A stretch of 64,000 bases of DNA from Candidatus Omnitrophota bacterium (lineage in GTDB: Bacteria > Omnitrophota > Gorgyraeia > Zapsychrales > Fredricksoniimonadaceae), in NCBI GenBank assembly GCA_903901225.1, contig CAIUQE010000011.1, positions 1,453 to 65,452 of the forward strand. Reading direction: 5' to 3'. A program made the position numbers and the translations under genes. Below are positions 19,603-29,267 of the stretch, piece after piece. How positions within the stretch are numbered: the first letter of the stretch is position 1; each line of letters opens with the position of its first letter. The notes under the pieces were generated by a model. The model did not search any database. It saw only the letters and a list, made by a program, of their open reading frames with translations, and had not been told where the DNA came from.

Positions 19603-20979
19603 TCATTTACCGATGCAAAAGCCGGAAAAGATCCGCTCCAGCACGTCCTCGTCGACATTACGGCCCGTGATCGCGTCAAGCTCATTGACGGCCAGCTTGA
19701 GGTCCTCGGCCGCGAATTCAGGAGGAACCTTATCCCGCAGCGCGTCCACCGCGCGGACCAGGGCTTCACCGGCGCGCCGCAACGCGTCAACATGGCGGAT
19801 ATCATTGAGGATGACCCCGCGCGTGTCGCAGGCCGCCCCGTCGCATGCGAGGGTGATCATGGCGGCCTTGAGCTCTTCCAGGCCCAGGCGGGTCAGCGCG
19901 GAAATATTAACGGTGCGCGCGTGGGCGCCGTGGCCTTCGGCCGCGGGCAGGTCCGCCTTGTTGCGCACATGGATCGTGTGCGGATTTCTTATTTCGGCCG
20001 CGAGGACGCGGTCCACCGCTTCGGGCGGGCGGCTCCCGTCGAGAACAAGCAGGACAATGTCCGCGCTCTCTACCGCGGCGCGTGAACGGCGCACCGCCTC
20101 TTCTTCGATCTTGTCGCGCGGCGCCAGGATGCCGGCCGTATCCACAAGGTTCACGGGAATGCCGTTGATATTGGCGGCTTCCTCAAGGACATCACGGGTC
20201 GTGCCCGCCACGTCAGTGACAATGGCGCGCGGCGCGCGCAAAAGGGCGTTGAGCAAAGAAGATTTCCCGACATTGGGCTTGCCGCAAATGACGACCTTGA
20301 TCCCTTCCTTGAGGATCCGCCCGCTTTTAGCCGTGGCCAGCAGCGCCTCGATCCGGCCCCGCGCGGCCGCAAGGTCATCGCGCAGTGCCGCCGCCTGCCC
20401 CTGGTCCGTGTCATCCTCGGGAAAATTCAGCACCGCCTCGATCCCGGCCAGCGCGTTCAACAGCGCCTGGCGCACGGCATCAAGTTCCGTCGACAATTCC
20501 CCCTTGAGCTGGCGCTCGCCGGCGCGCAACGCCGCGTCGGTGCGGGCATTGATGACATCCATCACCGCTTCGGCCTGCGCGAGGTCGATACGCCCGTTGA
20601 GGAACGCCCGCTTGGTGTACTCGCCCGGCTGGGCCAGGCGCGCGCCATTCTCCAGGCACAATTCAAGGACCGCGCGCACCGCCGCGGGCCCGCCGTGGCA
20701 GCTGATCTCCGCCACATCCTCGCGCGTGTAACTTTTCGGCGCGCGCATCACGGCCGCCAGTGCCTCGTCAACAACATCCCCCGCGCCCGTGGTGACGCGC
20801 CCATAGTGCACGCTGAACCCCGGCCAGGCCGAAGGCTGTGTCCCGTCGCGCGCGGTAAAAACACGCGCCAGCACCGCGAACGCGTCCGCGCCGCTGAGGC
20901 GCACGATCCCGACCCCGCCCGTACCGGCCGGCGTGATGATCGCCGCGATCGTGTCTTCAAACCCTTTATACTGGTACAC
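19603..20979 (-). CDS. mnmE: tRNA modification GTPase MnmE
   Basis: Motifs DTIAAIITPAG, PKSYTRED, GKPNVGKSSL, GTTRD, DTAG and the C-terminal FCIGK. GTG start inferred at 20979. Confidence 0.96.
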   Translation of the reverse strand: MYQYKGFEDTIAAIITPAGTGGVGIVRLSGADAFAVLARVFTARDGTQPSAWPGFSVHYGRVTTGAGDVVDEALAAVMRAPKSYTREDVAEISCHGGPAAVRAVLELCLENGARLAQPGEYTKRAFLNGRIDLAQAEAVMDVINARTDAALRAGERQLKGELSTELDAVRQALLNALAGIEAVLNFPEDDTDQGQAAALRDDLAAARGRIEALLATAKSGRILKEGIKVVICGKPNVGKSSLLNALLRAPRAIVTDVAGTTRDVLEEAANINGIPVNLVDTAGILAPRDKIEEEAVRRSRAAVESADIVLLVLDGSRPPEAVDRVLAAEIRNPHTIHVRNKADLPAAEGHGAHARTVNISALTRLGLEELKAAMITLACDGAACDTRGVILNDIRHVDALRRAGEALVRAVDALRDKVPPEFAAEDLKLAVNELDAITGRNVDEDVLERIFSGFCIGK

Positions 20980-22318
20980 GCATTTTCTCCCTGGCTTCAG
21001 CGCAGACGAACACGGATCCCGTGACAAGGATAATACCATCTTTCCCGGCCATTTGCCTGGCCCGGACCAATGCTCCGGTGACATCGGACGCGGACACAAG
21101 TTCAGCCCCGGGCACGATAGCGCACACGTCGTCGACAGCAATATCCATGGCGCGCGGATTATCCGCTTTGGTCAATACCAGCGCTCCGGTGATCTGACTT
21201 AAAGCTTTCACGAACGCCCTTGCATCCTTGTCCGCGCTCATCCCCAGCACCACGACCGCCTTGCGGCCGGGATAAACCCGGCTGAACGTCCTTTCGAGGG
21301 CCTCTGCCGACTCGGGCGTGTGCGCGCAATCGAGGATGACCACCGGGACCGTGCCCGCGGGCTCGAAACGCGCGGGCCAATGGACCGAGCGGATCCCCTC
21401 ACGGACACTTTCCGCCGTAATGACATAACCGTACGTCTCAAGGTCCTCGGCCATGCCGATGGCCAGCGCCGCGTTCTCGGCCTGATGCGCCCCTGTCAAA
21501 GGAGAAAAAAGATCATCATAGCGCCGCCGGCCCTCCACCGTAAAACGGACTCCCCGCGCCGTCATTTCATGGACCGCGCACGGCAGGTCTTCCCCGACGA
21601 CCGTTGGGCGGATCCCCAGCGCGCGGCAATGCTCCCGCAGCACCGCCATGACTTCAGGTACCTGGGGCGCGAGGGTCACGCGCTGGGACGATGAACGGAT
21701 GATCCCCGCCTTCTCCGCGGCGATCAAAGCAGGCGTAACACCCAGGATATTCATATGGTCAAGCCCGACGGGCGTGATGCCGCACACGGAGGTCTCCACG
21801 GCATTGGTCGCGTCCAGCCTTCCGCCCAGCCCCGTTTCCAGGACAACCAGGCGCGTCTGGCGGCTCGCGAACAATGAGATGGCCAATACGGTCATGAGCT
21901 CGTAGAAGGTGATCTCGACACCCGACGCGCGCAACTGGTCAATATCACGCCGGTAATATAAAAGCCTCTCGCCGATCTCCCTCAACGTGATCGCGCCGTC
22001 AAAGCCGGGCGCGGGAACGCCGGGCTCAAGCACGCGGATGCGTTCACTCAAAGAATGCAAATGGGGCGAGGTATAAAGGCCCGTGCGGTAACCCGACGCG
22101 CGCAGGATGGCAGCGAGGAACGCGCAGGCGGAACCCTTGCCTTTCGTGCCCGCCACATGCGCGAAACGCAGGTCACTGTCGGGGCGCCCGAAAACAGCCA
22201 GGAGCTTCTCCACGCGGTCAAGCGCGAATGACGCCGCACCCGCGGATTGAAGCTTTGTTTCCCAATTGTTGAATGTTTGAAGGTAGGCGATGGCCCCGTC
22301 GGCCGGGAGATCTGCCAT
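20966..22318 (-). CDS. folC: Folylpolyglutamate synthase/dihydrofolate synthase
   Basis: Motifs HVAGTKGKGS, YTSPHL, ETGLGGRLDATN, EKAGI, LDCAH and VTGS. Confidence 0.95.
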   Translation of the reverse strand: MADLPADGAIAYLQTFNNWETKLQSAGAASFALDRVEKLLAVFGRPDSDLRFAHVAGTKGKGSACAFLAAILRASGYRTGLYTSPHLHSLSERIRVLEPGVPAPGFDGAITLREIGERLLYYRRDIDQLRASGVEITFYELMTVLAISLFASRQTRLVVLETGLGGRLDATNAVETSVCGITPVGLDHMNILGVTPALIAAEKAGIIRSSSQRVTLAPQVPEVMAVLREHCRALGIRPTVVGEDLPCAVHEMTARGVRFTVEGRRRYDDLFSPLTGAHQAENAALAIGMAEDLETYGYVITAESVREGIRSVHWPARFEPAGTVPVVILDCAHTPESAEALERTFSRVYPGRKAVVVLGMSADKDARAFVKALSQITGALVLTKADNPRAMDIAVDDVCAIVPGAELVSASDVTGALVRARQMAGKDGIILVTGSVFVCAEAREKMRVPV

Positions 22319-22324
22319 GGAGGC

Positions 22325-23881
22325 TCAGTGGCGGAAATGCCTTACGCCGGTGAAGACCATGGCGAGTTTGCGCTTGTCGGCTTCCTTGATGACTTCAGCA
22401 TCGGCAATGGACCCGCCGGTCTGGATGATGGCGGTGATGCCGGCCTTGGCCGCGATGGTGACCGTGTCGGCCTTGGGAAGGAAAGCATCAGAAGCCAGGA
22501 CACTGCCTTTGGCCGCCTTGCCCGCTTTCCTGATCGCGTGCCCGGCGCTGTCAACGCGCGAAGGCAGGCCAACGCCCAAGCCCACGGTCGTCATGCCCTT
22601 GGTAAGGACGATGCCGTTGGACTTGACCGCCTTGACCACCTTCCACCCGAATAGCATGGACGCGATCTGGGCTTTTGTCGGCTTCTTTTTGCTCACGACT
22701 TTGAGGTCTTCAGCGCACAACTCCCGGACATCGGTATCCTGGAGCAAAAGCCCGCCCGGGACTTTTTTCAGGTCATAGGCGTCTTTTTTAAAATTTTCAC
22801 AGGGCAATACGATCAGGCGGACGTTCTTTTTCTGCGTCAGCAGCGCCAGAGCTTCCTGATTGAACCCGGGCGCGATCACGCATTCCATGAAACCGCTCGC
22901 GGCAATGGCCTCGGCGGTCTTCAGGTCGACCACGCGGTTAAGCCCGATAATGCCGCCGAACGCGGACAAGGCGTCGCAATTGTAGGCGCTTTTATACGCC
23001 GTAACAAGGTCTTTGCCCGTCGCCACGCCGGAGGGGTTGTTGTGCTTCACGAGCACCGCCGCGGGTTCGCTGAAATTGTAGGCAATATCCGCGGCCGCGT
23101 AGAGATCAAGGATGTTGTTGAAGGAAAGTTCTTTGCCGTGCAGCTGCTTGATGGCGGCAAGGCCTGTCGGCTCACCGGCGTCACGGTAGAAAGCGCCGGC
23201 CTGGTGCGGGTTTTCCCCGTAGCGCAGGTCCTGCACTTTGGTGAAGCCCAAAGCAAGCGCCTGCGGCAGCGTCGTGAACGCCTCCGACGAGAACCGCCGC
23301 CCCAGAAAACCCGCGATGGCGTGATCGTAACTCGCGGTCCGTTCAAAGACCTCATGGGCCAGGCCGATGAGGATGCGGTCCGGCAGGATGCCGCTGTTCG
23401 CCTGCATTTCCGCGAGGATATCCTTGTAACGGGAGGGATTGCAAATGACCGCGACGCTTTTGTAATTCTTCGCCGCGGAACGCAGCATCGAGGGGCCACC
23501 GATATCGATGTTCTCGATGGCCTCCTCGAGTGAAACGTTCTTCTTGGCCGTCACCTTCTCGAACGGATAAAGGTTGACCACGACCATATCGATAAGGCCG
23601 ATCCCGTGCGCGGCGATCTGCTTCATGTGATCCGGATTCTCCCGCAACGCGAGCAGGCCCCCGTGGATCTTCGGGTGGAGCGTTTTCACGCGCCCGTCGA
23701 GCATTTCCGGGAACCCCGTGTAATCAGACACGTCCCGGACCGCGACGCCCGCGTCCCGCAGGGCTTTCGCGGTGCCGCCCGTGGAAAGGATCTCAACGCC
23801 AAAGGCCGACAACCCCCGGGCGAATTCCAATATCCCCGTTTTATCCGACACGCTGATGAGCGCGCGCTTGACCTTGATCAT
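22325..23881 (-). CDS. purH: Bifunctional AICAR transformylase/IMP cyclohydrolase
   Basis: Motifs RALISVSDK, GRVKTLHP, IDIGGP, LRYGENPHQ and the C-terminal RHFRH. Confidence 0.98.
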   Translation of the reverse strand: MIKVKRALISVSDKTGILEFARGLSAFGVEILSTGGTAKALRDAGVAVRDVSDYTGFPEMLDGRVKTLHPKIHGGLLALRENPDHMKQIAAHGIGLIDMVVVNLYPFEKVTAKKNVSLEEAIENIDIGGPSMLRSAAKNYKSVAVICNPSRYKDILAEMQANSGILPDRILIGLAHEVFERTASYDHAIAGFLGRRFSSEAFTTLPQALALGFTKVQDLRYGENPHQAGAFYRDAGEPTGLAAIKQLHGKELSFNNILDLYAAADIAYNFSEPAAVLVKHNNPSGVATGKDLVTAYKSAYNCDALSAFGGIIGLNRVVDLKTAEAIAASGFMECVIAPGFNQEALALLTQKKNVRLIVLPCENFKKDAYDLKKVPGGLLLQDTDVRELCAEDLKVVSKKKPTKAQIASMLFGWKVVKAVKSNGIVLTKGMTTVGLGVGLPSRVDSAGHAIRKAGKAAKGSVLASDAFLPKADTVTIAAKAGITAIIQTGGSIADAEVIKEADKRKLAMVFTGVRHFRH

Positions 23882-23889
23882 GACCTGTC

Positions 23890-24051
23890 CTAGAAGCTCC
23901 TTTTGCCCTTTTTACGCTTGCGCTCGGAAGGCTTGGCATAAAAACGCCGCTCCTTGAGCTCCACGAGAAAACCGTCGCGCTGGCACTGCTTCTTGAACTG
24001 ACGCAACGCTTTCTCGAAACTGTTCTTGTCGCTGACCTTGACTTCGACCAT
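23890..24051 (-). CDS. rpsU: 30S ribosomal protein bS21 (53 aa; absent from the ORF track)
   Basis: Manual translation MVEVKVSDKNSFEKALRQFKKQCQRDGFLVELKERRFYAKPSERKRKKGKRSF matches the S21 pattern (ALRxFKK, YxKPS). Confidence 0.92.
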   Translation of the reverse strand: MVEVKVSDKNSFEKALRQFKKQCQRDGFLVELKERRFYAKPSERKRKKGKRSF

Positions 24052-24156
24052 TTAAAAATTCACCCGCCTCTCACATCTTAGGATTAAGATGCTTATGTTA
24101 GAAAATTACCCGCGAACCGAGGGCATGAAAAATAGTGCGGTATATTATCACAAACC

Positions 24157-25416
24157 TCACATACCGTAAACAAGATTAAACCCTACCATCATCAGGGTCA
24201 AAAGGATCACCACCGCCACCGTCACCCAGGCAATGATATTGAACGTCCTGGAATTGGTAAATTCCCCCATGATGCGCTTATCATTGATCAGCTTGAGCAT
24301 AAAGATCAGGATGACCGGCAAAAGAACGCCGTTGCCGACCTGCGAGAAATACATCACATCCAAGAGCGGAAAACGGGGATAAAGCACCGCCCCCGCGCCG
24401 ATGACGATCATCGCCGTGTAAAGCCCGAAGAACTGCGGGGCTTCCTCAAAACGCCGGTCAATGCCGGCATCCCAGCCCATCCCCTCGCAGATGGAATACG
24501 CGGTGGACAAAGGCAGGATCGCCGCCGCGAAGATCGACGCCACAAAAAGCCCCAGCGCGAAAAGCCAGGTCGCGTGGACCCCCGCGAAAGGCTGCAGGGC
24601 AAGGGCCGCGTCCTTGGCCGTCGCGATCGTTGTCCCGGAATGGTGGATCGTGGCCGCGCACGCCACCACGATGAAGAACGCCACCACCGGCGCGATGATG
24701 CAGCCCGTGACCACGTCCAGGCGCACCATCTTGTAATCCTCGGGCGCCACGCCTTTTTCGACCACCGATGACTGCAGGTAGAACTGCATCCAGGGCGCGA
24801 TCGTCGTTCCGACGAGGCCGACCAGCATGATAATGTAGTCCAGTTTGAACTCGAAACTGGGGATGAGGGTCTGCCGGGCCACGTCATGCCAGTCAGGCTT
24901 GGCCATGACCCCGGAAATAAGGTATGCCACGTAAAAAAGGCAGGCGCCCAAAAAAACGCGCTCCACGAGCTTGTACGTCCCCCGCACGACGAGGAGCCAC
25001 ACGAACAACCCGGCCAGCGGGACGGAAATATATTTGCTGACGCCGAAGATCTCCATGCTCGCGGCCACACCCGCGAACTCGGCCATGACGTTGGAAAGGT
25101 TGACCAACAGCAGTGCCAGCATGAGGTAAAAGGTCATCTTGACGCCGAAGCTCTCGCGGATAAGGTCCGCAAGCCCCTTGCCGGTGGCGACCGCCATGCG
25201 CGCGCACATCTCCTGCACCACGATCAGCGCGAAGGTGATGGGAATGAGGGACCACAGCAGCGAGTACCCGAAATGCGCGCCCGCCAGCGAATACGTGGTG
25301 ATCCCGCCCGCGTCATTGTCCACGTTCGCCGTGATGATCCCCGGGCCCATGATGGCCAGGAATAACAGTGTGTTAGCCACGAACCTGTTCTGTCTGAACT
25401 TCGCCCACAATGACAT
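24157..25416 (-). CDS. NRAMP-family divalent cation transporter (NrmT/Mg2+-type)
   Basis: Motifs GPGIIT..DNDAGGITTY, QEMCAR and GTTIAPWMQF, with about 11 TM helices. DAGG replaces the canonical DPGN. Confidence 0.88.
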   Translation of the reverse strand: MSLWAKFRQNRFVANTLLFLAIMGPGIITANVDNDAGGITTYSLAGAHFGYSLLWSLIPITFALIVVQEMCARMAVATGKGLADLIRESFGVKMTFYLMLALLLVNLSNVMAEFAGVAASMEIFGVSKYISVPLAGLFVWLLVVRGTYKLVERVFLGACLFYVAYLISGVMAKPDWHDVARQTLIPSFEFKLDYIIMLVGLVGTTIAPWMQFYLQSSVVEKGVAPEDYKMVRLDVVTGCIIAPVVAFFIVVACAATIHHSGTTIATAKDAALALQPFAGVHATWLFALGLFVASIFAAAILPLSTAYSICEGMGWDAGIDRRFEEAPQFFGLYTAMIVIGAGAVLYPRFPLLDVMYFSQVGNGVLLPVILIFMLKLINDKRIMGEFTNSRTFNIIAWVTVAVVILLTLMMVGFNLVYGM

Positions 25417-25425
25417 ATGTGATCC

Positions 25426-26724
25426 TTAGATCTGGTCCTTATATTTACCCCACGCGAGGGCAATGAGTTCTTCCATGACATCGTCAACCGTGATCGACCC
25501 GATCAGCACATCATCATCATCAACGACCGGGATGGCCGAATACTTGTACTGCTCGATCAGGACCGCCACTTTTTCCATGCCGTCATCCGCGTGAACAAAA
25601 ACCTTCTGCGGATGGCAGACCGCCAGGATCGGCTTGGCGGGGTCCTCGTTGAGGAAGCGATGGATCGTCGTGGTCCCGACATAACGCCCCTTATCGTCAA
25701 CGACATAAACGGTCATGATGCTGACCGCGTGGTCCAGGCTGGCCTTGACCTTGGCGAGGGCATCACCCGCCGTGGCCGTGGAATTGAGCGACAGGAACTC
25801 CGTCGTCATCAGTCCGCCCGCCGAATCCTTGCGAAAGCCCAAGAGCGAACGCAGGCGTTTCGAGGCTTCCGATTCCATGAGGCGCATCAGCTGCTGCACG
25901 CGCACCTTGGGGATCGCCATCAGGAAGTCCGCCGCCTCATCCGACGGGATCCGGGTGATGATCTGGGCGACCTCGTGGTCTTCAAGGAGCTCGACCAGCC
26001 CCGCCTTGTCGTCCGGCGCCATATCCGTGAACACTTTCAGCTGCACATCAAAAGCCAGGGAACGGAACAGCGACAACTGCTCGAACACGTCAAGGTCGCC
26101 CATGAGCTCCGCGAGCGCCACCGCCGGGATCTTGGCGATCTTGGCCCGCGCCACATCGAGCTTGAGGACGTTCTTTTTGCTGCCGAGGGTCAGGACCTGG
26201 GAATTCTTCCAGCTGACAAGTTCTTCATGCGCCAAATAGGGCGCGTCTTTTTTAAGCAGGCGGACCAGGCCGTCAACCCCCGCTTCCCAGCCCAGACGGC
26301 GCACAAGGCCCCGCAAACCCACATCCACGTGCGCGATATGGAACTGGTTATCGACGCGCAACAAGTGCACGTCATTGACCCGCACGACCTTCTTGTTCTC
26401 GACATCCACGACCTGCTGGTCAAGAAGGTCGCGCCGCAGGGCGAATTCGCTGTCGATGATCCCTTTCTGGAACACAATAGCCGTCAACGCGACCTTAAGG
26501 TGGATCTTCTCCTGCACGCGGGCGAGGTCCGTGGTAAGTATCTCGGTGTACTCACCGGCGAGGGCGTTCCGGCGGACAATGAGGCCCTTCACGCGCGGAT
26601 AAATGTCGTTGTTGAGCGCGATCGAAAGATCAAAAAGCCTCCCCACGGGGCGGCCGTTGACATCGACAACAGCCTTTCCCAGAAGTTCAGAAAAATAAAT
26701 GAAGAATTGGTCTGCCATAATCAT
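25426..26724 (-). CDS. PRC-barrel + MgtE N-terminal + CBS-pair protein (no membrane domain)
   Basis: Motifs DLLDQQVVDV..VVRVNDV, DEAAD, SAGGLMT, IPVVD and ITVDDV. The start overlaps the nth stop (TAATG). Confidence 0.85.
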   Translation of the reverse strand: MIMADQFFIYFSELLGKAVVDVNGRPVGRLFDLSIALNNDIYPRVKGLIVRRNALAGEYTEILTTDLARVQEKIHLKVALTAIVFQKGIIDSEFALRRDLLDQQVVDVENKKVVRVNDVHLLRVDNQFHIAHVDVGLRGLVRRLGWEAGVDGLVRLLKKDAPYLAHEELVSWKNSQVLTLGSKKNVLKLDVARAKIAKIPAVALAELMGDLDVFEQLSLFRSLAFDVQLKVFTDMAPDDKAGLVELLEDHEVAQIITRIPSDEAADFLMAIPKVRVQQLMRLMESEASKRLRSLLGFRKDSAGGLMTTEFLSLNSTATAGDALAKVKASLDHAVSIMTVYVVDDKGRYVGTTTIHRFLNEDPAKPILAVCHPQKVFVHADDGMEKVAVLIEQYKYSAIPVVDDDDVLIGSITVDDVMEELIALAWGKYKDQI

Positions 26725-27380
26725 TAACGTTGCGTCCCGACGCCGGTCCTGGCGCACATCCCGCGGACCGCGCACGCCGAACATTTCGGCGAAACGGGCC
26801 GGCAGATATTCTGCCCCCACAGCACAAGGATCCAGTTGATATCTTTCCAGTACTTCCCGGGCAGCTTCGCGCGCAGGGCCATTTCCGTGGCCTCGGGCGT
26901 GCGGGTCCGCAGGTACCCGAGGCGGTTGGTGATACGGTGCACGTGCGTGTCAACGCAGATACCGGGTTTGCCGAACCCCTCGACCAGGACAAGATTCGCC
27001 GTCTTGCGCCCCACGCCCTTGAATTCCAGAAGGGCTTCGAGCGTGTCCGGAACTTTCCCCTGATGGTCCTCGATGATGGAACGGCTGATGTCCATGATGC
27101 GCCGCGCCTTGGTCCGGTAAAAACCGACGGGATAAATGGCGCGCTCGATATCACGGATGGATAACTCTAGCATACGCTCGGGCGCGGGGGCAAGCGCAAA
27201 TAAACGTTCCGCGGCCGGCAGTGTGGTCTCATCCTTGGTGCGCAGACTCAGCAGGCACGCCACCAGGACCAGGTAAGGGCTCTGCCACCGTTTCCCGACG
27301 AGCGTGACCGAGGGGGCCGACAGGGACCGCAGCGCTTTCCTGAGTTGGGCAAGGACCTCTCCCATCTGTCCGGCTGTCAT
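26724..27380 (-). CDS. nth: Endonuclease III
   Basis: Motifs LLSLRTKD, HhH GVGRKTAN, VDTHVHR and CRPVSPKCSAC..C. Confidence 0.95.
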   Translation of the reverse strand: MTAGQMGEVLAQLRKALRSLSAPSVTLVGKRWQSPYLVLVACLLSLRTKDETTLPAAERLFALAPAPERMLELSIRDIERAIYPVGFYRTKARRIMDISRSIIEDHQGKVPDTLEALLEFKGVGRKTANLVLVEGFGKPGICVDTHVHRITNRLGYLRTRTPEATEMALRAKLPGKYWKDINWILVLWGQNICRPVSPKCSACAVRGMCARTGVGTQR

Positions 27381-29251
27381 GGCGCCGGCTCCGCGCCATG
27401 CTTGCGCAGGTGGATCATCAGGACCGTTATCGCCGCCGGCGTCATGCCCGAAATGCGGTTGGCCTGACCCAGCGTCAACGGGCGAAAACGCCTGAGCTTT
27501 TCCCTCACTTCGTGGGATATCCCGTGCACCCTCGCCAGGTCGAGTCCCGGCGGGATACGGATATTTTCCAGATGCCGGAATTTGGCCACTTCTTTTTTCT
27601 GCTGCGCGATGAACCCCGCGTATTTCACGTCATACGCGACGCGCGCCGCCACCGCGGGCCGCGCCCCGGCCACCTCAGTGTCAAAACGCGCCACGTGCGC
27701 GAATTCCACCTGCGGGCGCTTGAGCAGATCATGCAGGGCCGCGCGCTGCGGCGCCGGCGCGCAATCAAGTTCCCGCAGCAGGCCATTGGTCTCCGCCAGC
27801 GGCGGGACCACCTCTTTCAACCGTTGTTCAAGGCGGCGCGCCTCGTCATATTTCCTGACAACAGCCGCGTGTTCCTCTTCCGTGACGAGCCCGAACTTGC
27901 GGCCATAACGCGCCAGCCGCTCGTCGGTATTATCCTCCCGGACCAGAAGCCGGTATTCCACGCGGGAGGTGAACATCCGGTAAGGCTCATTGGTGCCTCG
28001 CGTGACAAGATCGTCGATCAGGACACCCGTGTAGGCTTCCTCACGGCCGAGGATGAACGGCGCCTCTCCTTTGACGGCCAGCGCGGCATTGATCCCGGCG
28101 ACGATGCCCTGTGCCGCCGCCTCCTCGTAGCCTGTCGTGCCGTTGAGCTGGCCGGCGAAGAACAGCCCGCCGACGCGTTTGGCCTCCAGCGTATGGCCCA
28201 ATTCCTCGGCGTAAATGACGCCGTGCTCGATGGAATAACCGTAACGGACGAACGCGGCCTTCTCCAGGCCCGGAATAGTCCTCACGAAAGCTTCCTGGAC
28301 CTCCGCCGGAAGGCCCGTGGAAAGGCCGTTGGGATAAACGATATCCGTATCCAACCCGTCGGGCTCAAGGAAAACGGGGTGGCTCTTTTTGTCCGCGAAC
28401 TTTTTGAGCTTGTCCTCGATCGACGGGCAGTAACGCACGCCGGTCGCGTCGATCTGCCCCGAATACATGGGCGAAAGGTGGAAATTGTCCCGGATGACCT
28501 GGTGGGTGGCCTCATTCGTCTGGGTCAACCAGCACGGCAAGCGTTCCTCCGGGCCAGGCAGCGCGCGCGTGCGGAAAGAGAAAGGGATGCTGTTCTCGTC
28601 GGAATGCTGGGCCCTCAGGCACGCGCGGTCAATGGTCCTGCCGTCAAGCCGCGGCGGCGTCCCTGTCTTGAAATTACGCAACACGAACCCGAGCCCCTCG
28701 AGGCTTTTGGCCAGCGCGTGCGCGGCTTTTTCATCGATACGGCCGCCAGGCGTGATCACCGGGCCCAGATGCATGCGGCCGTTCAAGAATGTTCCCGCCG
28801 TCACCACCACGGCCGCGGCGCCGAATTCCGTGCCGTCGGCCATCCTGACACCGCTCACGCGCCCGCCCGCCGTCAGGATATCCGCCGCCTCACCCTCGTA
28901 AAAATCAAGGTGCTCCTGCCGCCGGACAACCGCCTGCATATGCAAACGGTAACGTGCCCGGTCCGACTGCACGCGCGAGGAGCGGACCGCGGCGCCCTTG
29001 GAGCCATTCAATTGGCGGAACTGGATGCCCGTGCGGTCCGCGGCGAAGCCCATTTCGCCACCGAGGATATCCACCTCACGCACAAGCTGCCCCTTGCCCA
29101 CGCCGCCGATGGCCGGATTACAGCTCATCTGGCCGATGGTCGTAAAGGCATAATTGACCATGAGCGTGGACACGCCCATGCGGGCCGAAGCGAGGGCCGC
29201 TTCCACGCCGGCATGGCCGGCACCGATGACAATACAACCGAATGACCGCAT
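27377..29251 (-). CDS. mnmG: tRNA uridine 5-carboxymethylaminomethyl modification enzyme
   Basis: Motifs GAGHAGVEAA, MSCNPAIGG, KTGTPPR, RYCPSIEDK and AGQLNGTTGYEEAAAQG. Confidence 0.98.
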   Translation of the reverse strand: MRSFGCIVIGAGHAGVEAALASARMGVSTLMVNYAFTTIGQMSCNPAIGGVGKGQLVREVDILGGEMGFAADRTGIQFRQLNGSKGAAVRSSRVQSDRARYRLHMQAVVRRQEHLDFYEGEAADILTAGGRVSGVRMADGTEFGAAAVVVTAGTFLNGRMHLGPVITPGGRIDEKAAHALAKSLEGLGFVLRNFKTGTPPRLDGRTIDRACLRAQHSDENSIPFSFRTRALPGPEERLPCWLTQTNEATHQVIRDNFHLSPMYSGQIDATGVRYCPSIEDKLKKFADKKSHPVFLEPDGLDTDIVYPNGLSTGLPAEVQEAFVRTIPGLEKAAFVRYGYSIEHGVIYAEELGHTLEAKRVGGLFFAGQLNGTTGYEEAAAQGIVAGINAALAVKGEAPFILGREEAYTGVLIDDLVTRGTNEPYRMFTSRVEYRLLVREDNTDERLARYGRKFGLVTEEEHAAVVRKYDEARRLEQRLKEVVPPLAETNGLLRELDCAPAPQRAALHDLLKRPQVEFAHVARFDTEVAGARPAVAARVAYDVKYAGFIAQQKKEVAKFRHLENIRIPPGLDLARVHGISHEVREKLRRFRPLTLGQANRISGMTPAAITVLMIHLRKHGAEPAP

Positions 29252-29267
29252 AAAGAATTAAAGGATG

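Noticed and set aside
20980-21141. Extended N-termini given by the ORF track for mnmE (also queD, vapB, the MgtE-like gene and the permease at 37821)
   Set aside because: The extensions overlap upstream genes and lack family similarity. Downstream starts with RBS or stop-start coupling were chosen instead.
24052-24156. ZTP (pfl) riboswitch upstream of purH
   Set aside because: rpsU lies directly upstream of purH, and the intergenic sequence lacks recognisable pfl conserved segments.
27398-29245. 615-aa plus-strand ORF, and similar long antisense ORFs at 29265-30599, 6936-8015, 19541-20731 and 25591-26727
   Set aside because: They lie opposite well-supported genes and show no motifs. They are shadow ORFs expected in GC-rich coding DNA.
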